From NCBI RefSeq assembly GCF_018350175.1, contig NC_058368.1:211484001-211548000 (forward strand): a DNA stretch of 64,000 nucleotides, written 5' to 3'. How positions within the stretch are numbered: the stretch's first letter is position 1; every line of letters starts with the position of its first letter. The notes under the pieces were generated by a model. The model did not search any database. It was not told where the DNA came from and saw only the letters and a program-made list of their open reading frames with translations. Positions 53,104 through 64,000 of the stretch are shown in pieces. The translations under genes and the position numbers were made by a program. The stretch is from Felis catus. Lineage: Eukaryota.

Positions 53104-53285
53104 TCGGAGTTTTTATGAACAGGTTAAAGTTCTCCAAAATCAGGATGCTGATTTGAGGGAACAAGGTCCACATTTGATTTGTACTGCTCTTTTATATTCA
53201 GATTTATATAAATATAAATGCTTATTTCTATAGATTACAGCAGATTCACATTTTACATATTTGTTTTAAAATGTTTAAATGAAGA

Positions 53286-53426
53286 GGGGCGCCTGGGTGG
53301 CTCAGTTGGTTAAGCTTCCAACTCTTGGTTTCAGCTCAGGTCATGATCTCACAGTTTGTGAGTTTGAGCCCCGAGTCAGGCTTGAGCTTCTCTCTCCTCC
53401 TCTCTCTGCCCTTCCCCCACTTGTTC

Positions 53427-53461
<35 letters not shown>

Positions 53462-53480
53462 ATAAAATAAATAAAAACTT
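53286..53480 (+). mobile_element. CAN-SINE
   Basis: aaatgaaga on both flanks. Confidence 0.9.
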
Positions 53481-53799
53481 AAAATGAAGAAAACTATTTG
53501 GTGCCCAGTGCATCTGCAAAGTTAATGAGCATGAAGGACGGAGAAGCAATGCAGACCAGGGAAGCAGGGAGCTGCGGCTCAGAAGTCCCGCCTTTCGTTC
53601 TCCTTTCTTTAGTAATCTACAACAGAAAACGCTGTGTAGTGGCACCTTTCACTGTGTGATTTCACCCAAGCCAACTCACCACGCCGGACTCACTTGCCCA
53701 TCCAGAAAACAGGAATAATGTTTGTCTGTTTGCTTAACCTGATAAAGAGGGAGAGTAAGCTATGCTTTGTTTTGTTTTTATTTTTTACTTAAAAAATGT

Positions 53800-53966
53800 G
53801 GGGCACCTGGGTGGCTCAGGCGGTTGAACGTCTGACTTCAGCTCTGGTTATGATCTCATGGTTCTTGGGTTTGAGTCTTGCACTGGGCTCTCTGCTGTCA
53901 GCACACAGCCTGCTTCGGATCCTCTGTCCCCCCCCCCCCTGCCTGCCCCCCGCCAAAATATACATT
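53800..53966 (+). mobile_element. CAN-SINE with shortened 3' region
   Basis: TSD ttaaaaaatgt on both sides. Confidence 0.88.
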
Positions 53967-54035
53967 TAAAAAATGTATACCCCCTTTACTCATTGGGGGT
54001 GGGAGAAATGGCTAAAGGGGGTATACATTTTTTAA
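53966..54035. repeat. Perfect 23-bp inverted repeat with a 24-nt spacer
   Basis: ttaaaaaatgtatacccccttta (53966-53988) is the exact reverse complement of taaagggggtatacattttttaa (54013-54035). Confidence 0.95.
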
Positions 54036-54430
54036 GCAGAAAATCATTAACTCTTAACTGGCCTTTCTGCTTCCAGTTGCCCCCACTTCCTTTCTCCCAT
54101 GTCAACTTCCCTGCTGGTTACTCCTGCCTACCACTCTAGCTCACTTTCCTATGCAAAATCATCTATGGCTGTCCACGGCCAACAAGAGACCCCATATTCT
54201 TTAGTGCCCCTCCCCCTGGCCACCTCCCCCAAACACACACATGCACAATTGAAGGCTCTTCTTAATCTAGCATCAAACCTTAAATTCCACTCTGCCCACC
54301 TCTTCCTCTGGCCTCTGCCACACCCCACACTAAAGCTTGGAGCTCTGGCCAAGCTCTTGGCTCCAGAATTCAAGATATTCTTTCCTCCTCTAACGTTGTA
54401 ACTACTCGAGTAATTTTTCCTCTCATTTTT

Positions 54431-54649
54431 TTTTAATTTTTTTTTTCAACGTTTATTTATTTTTGGGACAGAGAGAGACAGAGCATGAACGGGGGAGGGG
54501 CAGAGAGAGAGGAAGACACAGAATCGGAAACAGGCTCCAGGCTCTGAGCCATCAGCCCAGAGCCCGACGCGGGGCTCGAACTCCCGGACCGCGAGATAGT
54601 GACCTGGCTGAAGTCGGACGCTTAACCGACTGCGCCACCCAGGCGCCCC
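54431..54649 (-). mobile_element. Young feline SINE
   Basis: TSD tctcattttt on both sides; CpG-intact body. Confidence 0.95.
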
Positions 54650-55053
54650 TCTCATTTTTATCTTGCCATCGCTCTGCTAACAAGGTTGAACGTTGTTCCA
54701 TGCCCTTCACTTTAACAAAGTTTAACATTAGCATTCAAAGTACATGGTTTTCCCATTTTATGTCTTCTTACAGAGAGGCAATATAGCAGGGCCAAGAGCT
54801 TACATTCTGAGTGTCTGGGTCCAAATCCTAGCTCTACAACTTATTAGCTGTGTAACCCTGGGGAAGGTATTTATCTTTGTTCATCTCCATTTCCTCATTT
54901 GTACAATAGGAGATAACAGCACATTTAAAAATATTTGGCTCTCTTAACAGTTCATACTTGATGGCAGAAATTTTCATATTCTTCCATAATGACCCTCCTA
55001 ATAAATATCTGGATACTTTTTAATGACTCGATACATTAAATTAGAACTTTCTA

Positions 55054-55270
55054 GGGGCGCCTGGGTGGCTCAGTCAGTGGAGTGTCTGACTCTTGATCTC
55101 AGCTCAGGTCATGATCCTAGGGCCACGGGATCAAGCCCCATATCAGGCTCCACGCTTAGCATGGAGCCTGCTTAAGATTCTCTTTCTCCCTCTGCCCCTC
55201 TCCCCAGTTTGCACTCTCTAAAATAAACAAATTTAAAAAAATAAAAGTAAAAAATTAAAAGTAAATAAAA
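55054..55270 (+). mobile_element. CAN-SINE
   Basis: TSD tagaactttct on both sides. Confidence 0.92.
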
Positions 55271-56097
55271 TAGAACTTTCTCCAACTTGGAGGGGAACTT
55301 CCAGTGTTCCAACTCATCATTACCATTCCAAATTTCTAAAGCAACTTAAATAATCAAAATACTGTACACATCTAAGCACACTGTCTAATGTTATCAGAGG
55401 TTAATTTTAAGTAGTCTGGATATTTTAATATATTTGAGGCAAGAGACACCACTGATTTATTTATGCCAAAACTCATAGTTCTCAAGAAAGGGCATATCTG
55501 TTATAGCCTTTCTACACTCCAATAATAGCAAACCCAAAATAAACTCCAATATCCACCCACAGGGGAAAAAATTTGGTTCCAAGAAATTATTTCTGCCTGA
55601 CATCTAAAGGCAGAGGGCAGCGTTTTTTAAGAGCACAAGATGAGGGGCTGTGATGTTTATCATCAGTCTGATTTTGCTGATGGCTGTCTTGCACTGTTAT
55701 CTCCCCAGTCCCTGGAAGACAGAGGGCCCCAAAAGAAAGCCCAAGAATGTTTAACTCTGTTACTGCACACTTCTTAGACCAACAGAGAAGCCAAAACCGA
55801 GGACACAAGCAAATACAGAGAACTTTGGAAAACTCATCAATGTTCTTATTTGTGAAGCCTCATTCATTATCCTTTTGGAGCCCACAAAAGGATATTGCCT
55901 TAGAATTGTCAAAATGTCTTGCCTTAGAATTTTATGATGGAGATAGATGCCAAGTGAACACACAGAAAATTCACTAAAAGGGAGAAAATTTAGTCAAGCA
56001 TATTATATGGAACTCTAATACATCTTCTTAGGCTATGGATTTGGACTTTAACATACATGTCAGGGATCTGCAGTCTAAACACATATTCAAAATTATT

Positions 56098-56300
56098 AGG
56101 GTGCATGGGTGGCTCCGTTGGTTAAGCATGCAACTCTTGGTTTCAGCCCAGGTCATGATCTCATGGTTCATGAGTTCAAACCCTGCATCAGGCTCTACAC
56201 TGATGGTGCAGAGCCTGCTTGGGCTTCTCTCTCTCCCTCTCTCTCCTCCCCTCCCCTGCTTGCCCTATCTCTCTCTCAAAATAAATAAACTTAAAAAAAA
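56098..56300 (+). mobile_element. CAN-SINE
   Basis: SINE head, body and tail. Confidence 0.88.
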
Positions 56301-56859
56301 TTTAAACACACACTTAAAATGAATTAGTTCTTTTATTATTAAAACAATAAAATAATAATAATAAAAACATGGATGCTTTGGAAATTTTGAAGCTCCATTT
56401 TCCAGGATGCGTTATGTACAGCTTATTACCACTTAGAAATAAGTTCTACTAAAAGTCATTTGGTGTACCCATCTACTGCTGTCCCATAGACTCTGAGTTC
56501 AAGGGCAGGGACTGTGGTCTTTACATCTGCATCCTTGGCACCTAGCACAAGGGCTGATGTGGCCAGTGATGAATAAATGTTTGGGAATGAATGTTTGCCT
56601 GAGTAAAAGACACCAGCAAAGCAATGAATTTTTTCAAATAATGTTGCCGGTAAAAATATTAAGGAAGTAGCCAGCCCTCATGGTTCCCCCAAGATAGTCT
56701 TCCCTCTTCTCCACTACAACGATTTGAATATTGTCTTGACATTTTAATCTTGCCACCTACCCGCACTGCTAGGCATCAGCTGGTTCCCTCCCGTTTATTC
56801 GAACAAATCCAAACTCCTTACGCTATCAGATCTCCAACCTCAGTCCCACTTTTCGAAAT

Positions 56860-57110
56860 GCGGTATAATATAGTGCTTTAACGCACGGACCCGGAAACCA
56901 GACTGCCTGCATTCATAGCCCAGTTCCACCGGTGAGAGCTTGGCCAAGTGACTTAATTCCTGTGTGCCTCACTTGTAAGATGAGAAATCCTACGACTAAC
57001 CTCTCTCGTAGAGTTGTGAGAGTTGAATGAACCAAATATTTGCGAAATATTTAGAACAGTGTCTGGCACATAGTAAGCATTCAGTGAGTGTGAGCTAATG
57101 TGGTTATTAT
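56860..57110. mobile_element. MIR
   Basis: ccagactgcctg...caagtgacttaa...tgtgcctca...tagaacagtgtctggcacatagtaagcattca. Confidence 0.78.
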
Positions 57111-59016
57111 TCACACTCCTGAGGGAATGCCCATTCTGTTAGTTTGCACAGTGGGTCTTTTCCTCTTGGATTGGCTGATGTTCACTTCCACTATGTACAC
57201 CCACAGGCAAGCCCCGGTTTGCTGAGTGGCTACGGCACAGATGAGACGCACTGCAGACTGTATGCACATCCAGGAGTTCCAGCTGCAACTATCCTCTGAG
57301 CCAAGTGACTAAAGTGGTTTGGACCCCGGGAAAATTCATCAATGTCTTAATATCTTGAACAATTTATCGGTGTCCCATTAAAATGAACTGCAGACTATAA
57401 AATTAATGGAAAGTTTGTATCTGCACAGGAAACCATGGAAAGATGATATCCACAAGCCAGAAACTTTGGGGAATTTCTTCTAGTTTTAGGTCAGATGGGA
57501 CAAGTTTGAAGAAAGGCCAAATAGACCAAGGACAAGGACAAGCTGTCACTTACCCTCCAGGAAAATGCCCGGAAGATATCCCAACAAAACTCCACACACC
57601 TAACTCAGACAGCAAACAGTAATGGTGAGGGTCGGTCACCATGCAGTGCCCCACATGCCGAGAGGACGATGGAAAACCATGAGAGACCAGCCGTGCAGGC
57701 ACGTGTGGCCAGTGCCTAAGGAAAGCAACTGCGCCCGGCCAAGAAGGGGACACTGCCCCAGTGAACTCGAGGCTGCCACTCACTCACTGAACTCTGGCAC
57801 AGACAACTGCCCACTGCCAAAAGTCCCACTCAGACTTACACCCTCCTCAGGCTACCAGACTTCTGGAACGGCAAAATGGAGACTGACAAAGGCAGATTTC
57901 CCTTCTGCTTCCCCGCACCCCCTCCCCCTTTTTTTGGTCAGAAATATTTGAATAGGAATCTTAAAATATCTGATAGAAACCATCTCTTTCCTCAGTTCCC
58001 AATGATCACAGCCTTCTCCTCTATAGATATTAGCTGAGAGAAACGGCACAGGCCCTAAGAAAAGCTCCCGCAGTCCAAAGGAAGAGAACGTCTTTGAGAA
58101 TCAGAGCACATTTATTCCTGTAACGGAATTGGTCTTTACGAAACCAGAGAGGTTTCCTAATGTGTGCTTTCAGCTAGATTCGAGAGAAAAATGTCTATGA
58201 AACTTCTCTATAGAACAGTCTGGAATCAAAGAAGACTACGTGGAGATGCCAAATTTAAAATGTGTTGGAAATGGTGAAGAGAAGACTGAGGAATCTAGGA
58301 AATTTGAAATTAAAGTAAAAGACAAATTTGACTCAAAGGAAAAGAAAAAAGACAGTAAGAAGGAGAGGAAAAAAGATATAAAAAAAAAGGGGACCCAAGC
58401 AACTTAATACATGATGTAGAAATCTGAGCAAAATTAAGAAATAATAAAAGCAAACTACTATGAAATAAAGAAAAGCTTAACTATAAAGTTAAATGAGTCT
58501 CTAAGTAGCAGCTAGAATTAGTGGGGGGTGCGGGGGCGGGAGAGAAGAGACCAGCATCTCTAGACACATTTTGTCCCTATTTTTTTAATTTGAAGGATAG
58601 AGAAAAAAACTCTATTGCCATCCAGATAGAAAACAGGTTATTTTCAAAGGCTCCCCAAGTCAGGCCGCTCACATTTCTCCAAAACTTTAAACACCAGAAA
58701 ACAATGGGCTACCGCCATCAGATTTCTGAGAGGAATCAAGCGACATACAGAATTTTATCTGACCAACAGTCCTTTGGCTGTGCGGAAAACATGAACACGT
58801 TCTCAAACACGCAGGAACCCAATGTGCCCTTACTTAAATGCTCCTTTAAGACTTTTCAAAGACACGGTCCGATTAACTAAGACATCGATAAAATAAGAAT
58901 ACAAGAATCTAGAAATTTTGGTTGATACACATTACATAGCAAGGAGAAAAGTCGTTGATGTGGCTATCAAACAATGAAGATGTAAAATACACACTTGGAC
59001 CTGGAAAACAAGAATG

Positions 59017-59241
59017 AGGGGCGCCTGGGTGGCGCAGTCGGTTAAGCGTCCGACTTCAGCCAGGTCACGATCTCGCGGTCCGTGAGTTCGAGCCCCGCGT
59101 CAGGCTCTGGGCTGATGGCTCAGAGCCTGGAGCCTGTTTCCGATTCTGTGTCTCCCTCTCTTTCTGCCCCTCCCCCGTTCATGCTCTCTCTCTGTCCCAA
59201 AAATAAATAAACGTTGAAAAAAAAAATTAAAAAAAAAAAAA
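59017..59241 (+). mobile_element. Young feline SINE, antisense to RAI14
   Basis: TSD gaaaacaagaatg at 59004-59016 and 59242-59254; CpG-intact body and long A tail. Confidence 0.96.
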
Positions 59242-59284
59242 GAAAACAAGAATGCAAGGTTGACTGCTGCCGTTCTATACTAAA

Positions 59285-59470
59285 TATTTGTTTATTTAAG
59301 ATTGAGAGAGAGCACAGCAAGAGGGGCAGAGGGGGACAGACAGGAACCCCAGGCAGGCTCCATGCTCAGCACGGAGCCGAATGCGGTGCCCAATCCCACG
59401 AACCTGGGATCGTGACCTGGGCTGAAATTAAGAGTCAGGCGCTCAACCGACTGAGCCATCCGGGCGCCCC
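59285..59470 (-). mobile_element. CAN-SINE, tail to tail with the previous copy
   Basis: Antisense head ctgagccatccgggcgcccc. Confidence 0.88.
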
Positions 59471-62400
59471 TCAACTAAACTTTTACACTCCAAGTTTCAA
59501 AACGTAAGACCCCATATGTTCCTCCAATACAGTGTCCTTACATAAACACTCTGCTGGGAGGTGGTGATCTCCTTGGAATGAATGACAGGTATTAATTCAG
59601 ATAACCCCATGATTCCTCATAGTATTTATAAAAACCAAACCATTCTCAGGACCTGCCTCCAAAATATTAGGCTAGTTCTACTTGCCTTAGGTCAAGCCCA
59701 GCTTAGATGCCAGTACACCCACCCCCCAGCACATCCTGCACTATGTTAGAATGATTTCTGTGCTTATCCTGCCTCTGAATTGTTCTATTTAGTATTCTGA
59801 CCATATGGCTTATAATACTTAGCACATAAACGGGATTCTGCAGATTTTATACAATAAAGTAAAATGTGACACACAAAAAATTCTTACTGAGAAAATTTTT
59901 CATGTAACACTAAGGAGCTTTCGTGCCAAACCCACACTGTACACAGACTTTTATGAATATACTCTAATTTAACCTGAATTTCACCCAATCAAAAGGCTTT
60001 CCAAAGTGAGTCCGTAACTATGGAATTTTAGGCCAGCTTGGCATAAAAAATACTTAGATTTCTCACACATGACTATGCATACCCCAGATCTGTCCTTATC
60101 CCTTCAGAAGAGGTTAAAAACCACCTATCCCAGAGAGCCATTATGTGGGTAAAACAAGATAATGTGTGAAAACCACAGATGATGTGCCTTGCACACAGTA
60201 AGTGCTAACTAAATGTTTGCTGCTATCATGAACACCTGTACCATACACCTTGCTCTGTGCTAGGCCTAGAAGTATCACAGGAAGTTAGACCCCCAAGGCA
60301 GGTTCCTAACCCACAGAGCTTAGAGGCTGATATTCAACTGTCTAGACTAAGAGACACAGATCTATGATGCCATTATTTCTTTGCCTGCTAAACCTCCGTT
60401 CTGATTTATGAAGCTGTAGGCACTTCAACCCTGTGGAAATAATTTCCCTGAAACATTTTAGTGATTCCATTAAATTACAAAATAGTCAGGATATAAGACA
60501 GATAGCTTTTGGAAGCTCTTTCTACAAGTTAAGAGCATTCATGTTTTCTAGTCTTCAAACCGAAGGCTAGATTTTTAAAGTTACTTGGAAGATTTACATT
60601 TAATAAAGGCATTTTTCCAAATTACCACATGCATTTATAAATGCCAAATAATATTTAGGACATCCAGTTGTTGAAATATAAGCCAGATTGTGGAATGAAG
60701 TAATACTTAGTAGGTCAAGTAAGGGGAAAAAAAAACTAGAAGCTTTACTGTTCGGAAACTATAAAATGTTAAAAAAAAAAATCATCAGTAATTAAGGACG
60801 TAAGACACCTGAAAGACAAAAGAGCTGATACAAGTATATATTTTTTCTAAGTTTTCATTAATTGTACAATTCTTCTAAAACATTTTTACACATGTAAAGA
60901 AGATTCCTTATTTTAAAAAGTTCATAAACTACAGAAGGGTAAAAATGAAGTAGAATAGCTTTCAAGAATAATAACCCTATTAATTTTTTGTATTTGCCCA
61001 ATTTTTTTCTACACATACAGCAAAACTTATGCTCTGTAAGCTACTTTTCTTACCAGGTAATATATGCTGAACATTTCCCTATATCAGTAAAGAGCTCCAT
61101 CAAAGGTTTTTAATAGCTAAAATGGTAACAGTAATGTTAGCAGGTTTACGTGGTTATAAACAGCTCTGTCTTGAACATCTTTGAACATTCGTGTTGGTAT
61201 AGTATAGTGTATTTTCAAGAATAAATGAAATAATGCACAAATGCTGCTGGAATATTCCTAGCCTACCAGCTCATCTCCCCAGTTCATAAGATTACAATTT
61301 TTTTAATCCTTCAGACAACTTACGATGTAACTCAACATATGTGCTTTTCCTTCTACTAAAATGCCTTTAATGTCTAAGTGTCATGATAAAATCTTGGTAT
61401 AATTTCTCCTACCACCTCAGCATTAGAGACCAAAGCCCACTGCTGAGGCAGAGAACTGACCCAGCTTCTAATAAAATTGGGGCCCTATACTTCCCCCAAG
61501 GTAACAGAGCCAGCCCGGTTAATATCAGCTTCCTAGTCTCCATTAGAACATTGGGCAGAGTGGGGGGATGTGGGGGTGTAAGAGTCCCTTAAGGAGAGGG
61601 CAACACTTATTCTTCCAGGTACACAGCCTTTCCAGCTCACTCCCTCGCCCACCAATTGGTACGGTTATCGAGTGATCACACAGAGAGACTGGGGGTACCT
61701 GCAAGAACAAAGACCAACATCTCTTTCACCGGTTGCCACTTACTGACACAGTGGATTGGCTGATTTCCCCCATGTCCTTCTGAACAGGAGAAAAGAGAAC
61801 TGGAGAGAAAGGAAGGAAGGTAGAAGAGGAGGGCGGTGACATCAGGGAAGAAGCCAACACACCCACAGTTTGGAGAGGCAGGTCAAGTAAGCTTCCGGGG
61901 ACTCAAATGAACACCACGCTATGAAGCCTGACTCGAACCAGCTGGCTGATACCTAACCAAGATGGTTGCCATGGGGTAAGAGGTCCCCACCAGCAAGAGG
62001 GTAGAGAGAAGGGTTAGGAAAGGTCCAGCCAGAGGCAGACCCCCTCCCTGAGGCAGGGAGCAGAGACCGGGGATGTACTGAGCCAGCTGCCAGCCCAAGA
62101 CACAGTCTCAAGGACAGCATCCACACGCAGCAAAGTGTAGACAGGTTTGCCTTCCCTCCTTACCCCCAGTGCTTCTTTTCTGTTTCCAACCTGGGGGAGG
62201 GGCACTAGACCCCAGATGACGAAGGGGAAAAAGGGGTGAAAGAGCAAGATACCCCACCTCTCCCTTTACTTCAAGGGCTAAGAGTCAGGGTCAAGTTGCA
62301 CTGGGGAAAAGGAAGAAGACTTAAACTAGATTCACCTCTGGAAGTTTATGGAAATTGCACGTTGTGAAGAGACAGGAATGGGAGAGTCCGCCTGGCATGG

Positions 62401-63861
62401 ATGAAGAAATAAAGACCCTTTCAAAGTCATGCCTCATGGACTTGAGACAGTTCAATAGCTCAGCTGCATCTTGAATACAGTTAAATGCATGTGTGCAACA
62501 GGGGCATTACAGTACTGAGTTAGGCGTGGGCTCAGAATCTGGCTTGGCCCATTCTTTCATTCACTCAGTAGATATTTATTGAGCAACTTCTTTGCACTGG
62601 ACAGAGTTATGCACAAGAGTTACAAAGGCCCTGTGCTCAGGAAAGTTAAATTCTGGGTGCCTGTGTGATTCTGGAAAATTTCCTTTACCTTCCTAGGCCT
62701 CAGATTCCTCATGGCATCTTGTTCTCCTATTCACCAACCCCCCCCCCCCACCCAACTGACTTCTAAGAGTCCTGGAAATTAAGTATAATAAAACAAACAG
62801 GATTTTTGCTGTTGTTTTGTTTTGTTTTAAGCAACACACACTTCAGACAACGAAACGGAGACAAATGGCTTGTGTTACAGAAAAGCAAGCACAAGCCACA
62901 TGGAAGCTTCTAAACACAGAGGAGTTACTGCGGGCTCTCAAGTGCAGGACGGTTAAGCGGATGCAGAGGAAATCAATAATAGCTTGGTCTAGGTGTCAGT
63001 TACAGCCTTATTATCACTGTTCCTAGAGAGCAGGAAGAAAAATCTTCCAAGTACCAAAGAAGGCTCTATTAATAACTTTAAAATATAAAGCTGTGTAAAT
63101 ATTTTGCAAAATTAGCAGCAAGTGCTAGCACTTTGTACGGTGAGTCTCAGAAGAACTGTGTCAGTAAAAATAGCAATAAGACTTCAACACGCCCAGTACT
63201 ACCACTATAGCCACTATACCATCCAATCCATGGGCCAGATTTTTCTGGTTATTTCTAGAGTGAGACACGTCCTGCTCACTGGTCCACAGGCTATAGCTTA
63301 GCGTTACTGTAGAGTAGACAGAGAACCCCATCCCCCAAGCCCAGATCCCACCTTCACTGACTACAGGCCTCTGGGGCAGTCCCCGGAAGGCTGACTGTCC
63401 CTTAGCACACGTGTCGGGCTTTTTCTTACCAACACTGCTTCAGGAGACACCTCCACCTTGGGGCCTGTGGTTCCCTCCTTACCACAAAGTGAAGAGGCAG
63501 AAAAGAGAGGGAGGGTGAGGCATTCGCTCCACTACTCCCCCACCCCCACTTTTAGTCCTTTAGCACAACGTGGCCACCCTGGTCATGTCTGGACTCCTGG
63601 ACGTTAGGTCCTTAGTCACTTGGGTTGAATCCTAACCTTTCTTGCTTTGAACCTGTGCAAACATCACCCGGCCCATGTGATCCTAGTGCTTTCAAGTGCC
63701 TTCTGTCAACACAGAAGAGACAAAGTTCACAAAGAAAGATTACCAGAGCATCTGTGACTTAACTAGTCATTTCCTTAAATTTGTTTTCCCGAACTCTTTG
63801 TAAGATGTTGCTGGCTATTTCTTTCTTTTTCTTTCTTCCTTTTTCATTTTAATCCTGCAGA

Positions 63862-64000
63862 GGGGGGCGCCTGGGTGACTCAGTTGGTTAAGCCTCTGAC
63901 TTCAGCTCAGGTTATGATCTTGCGGTTCATGGGTTCGAGCCCTGCATCAGGCTCTTTGCTGACAGCTCAGAGCCTGGAGCCTGCTTCAGATCCTGTGTCT
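63862..64000 (+). mobile_element. CAN-SINE cut by the window edge
   Basis: ggggcgcctgggtgactcag head and body. Confidence 0.92.

Larger units (their letters stand above)
1..64000 (-). other. RAI14: Internal segment of the RAI14 (ankycorbin) gene: six coding exons plus introns
   Basis: Six minus-strand exons splice in a continuous frame and match the recalled RAI14 N-terminal ankyrin repeats. That 38788-64000 is still intronic is inferred from finding no start exon (MKSLKAKFRKSD) or CpG island there. Confidence 0.93.

Noticed and set aside
11007..59320. Recurrent peptide GAPGWRSRLSVRLQPGHDLAVREFEPR suggesting a multi-copy gene family
   Set aside because: It is simply the translation of the young feline SINE consensus.
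1..64000. The many 60-140 aa ORFs in the supplied track
   Set aside because: They are chance ORFs, SINE/L1/microsatellite translations, or wrong-frame and antisense shadows of real exons (e.g. 38580-38798, 17179-17388, 2408-2725). None is a credible standalone gene.
1340..64000. tRNA-like A/B boxes (tggctcagtcgg, gttcgagccc)
   Set aside because: They belong to tRNA-derived SINE heads followed by CT tracts and A tails, not to tRNA genes.
38788..64000. RAI14 start exon or CpG-island promoter
   Set aside because: I found no MKSLKAKFRKSD-encoding exon and no CpG island; both presumably lie beyond the window.

Overview
Mammalian genomic DNA, almost certainly felid (dense feline-type CAN-SINEs). 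The whole window appears to lie inside one minus-strand gene, RAI14 (ankycorbin/NORPEG). Six short coding exons (38657-38787, 17201-17289, 7283-7347, 3435-3492, 2632-2702, 50-156) have canonical AG/GT boundaries and splice in frame into 521 nt of the N-terminal ankyrin-repeat region: [173 protein letters not shown]. None of these exons appears in its true frame in the supplied ORF track. The start exon and the C-terminal coiled-coil exons lie outside the window. The rest is intron: about 36 CAN-SINE copies or fragments, L1/L2/MIR remnants, solo LTRs, hAT fossils and microsatellites. I found no convincing new biological system. The best leads are modest: a perfect 23-bp hairpin whose arm was hit by a SINE, two candidate poison exons, closely spaced inverted SINE pairs, and a SINE tandem bracketed by three TSD-like copies. 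Repeat family names come from recalled consensus sequences and repeat boundaries are approximate.
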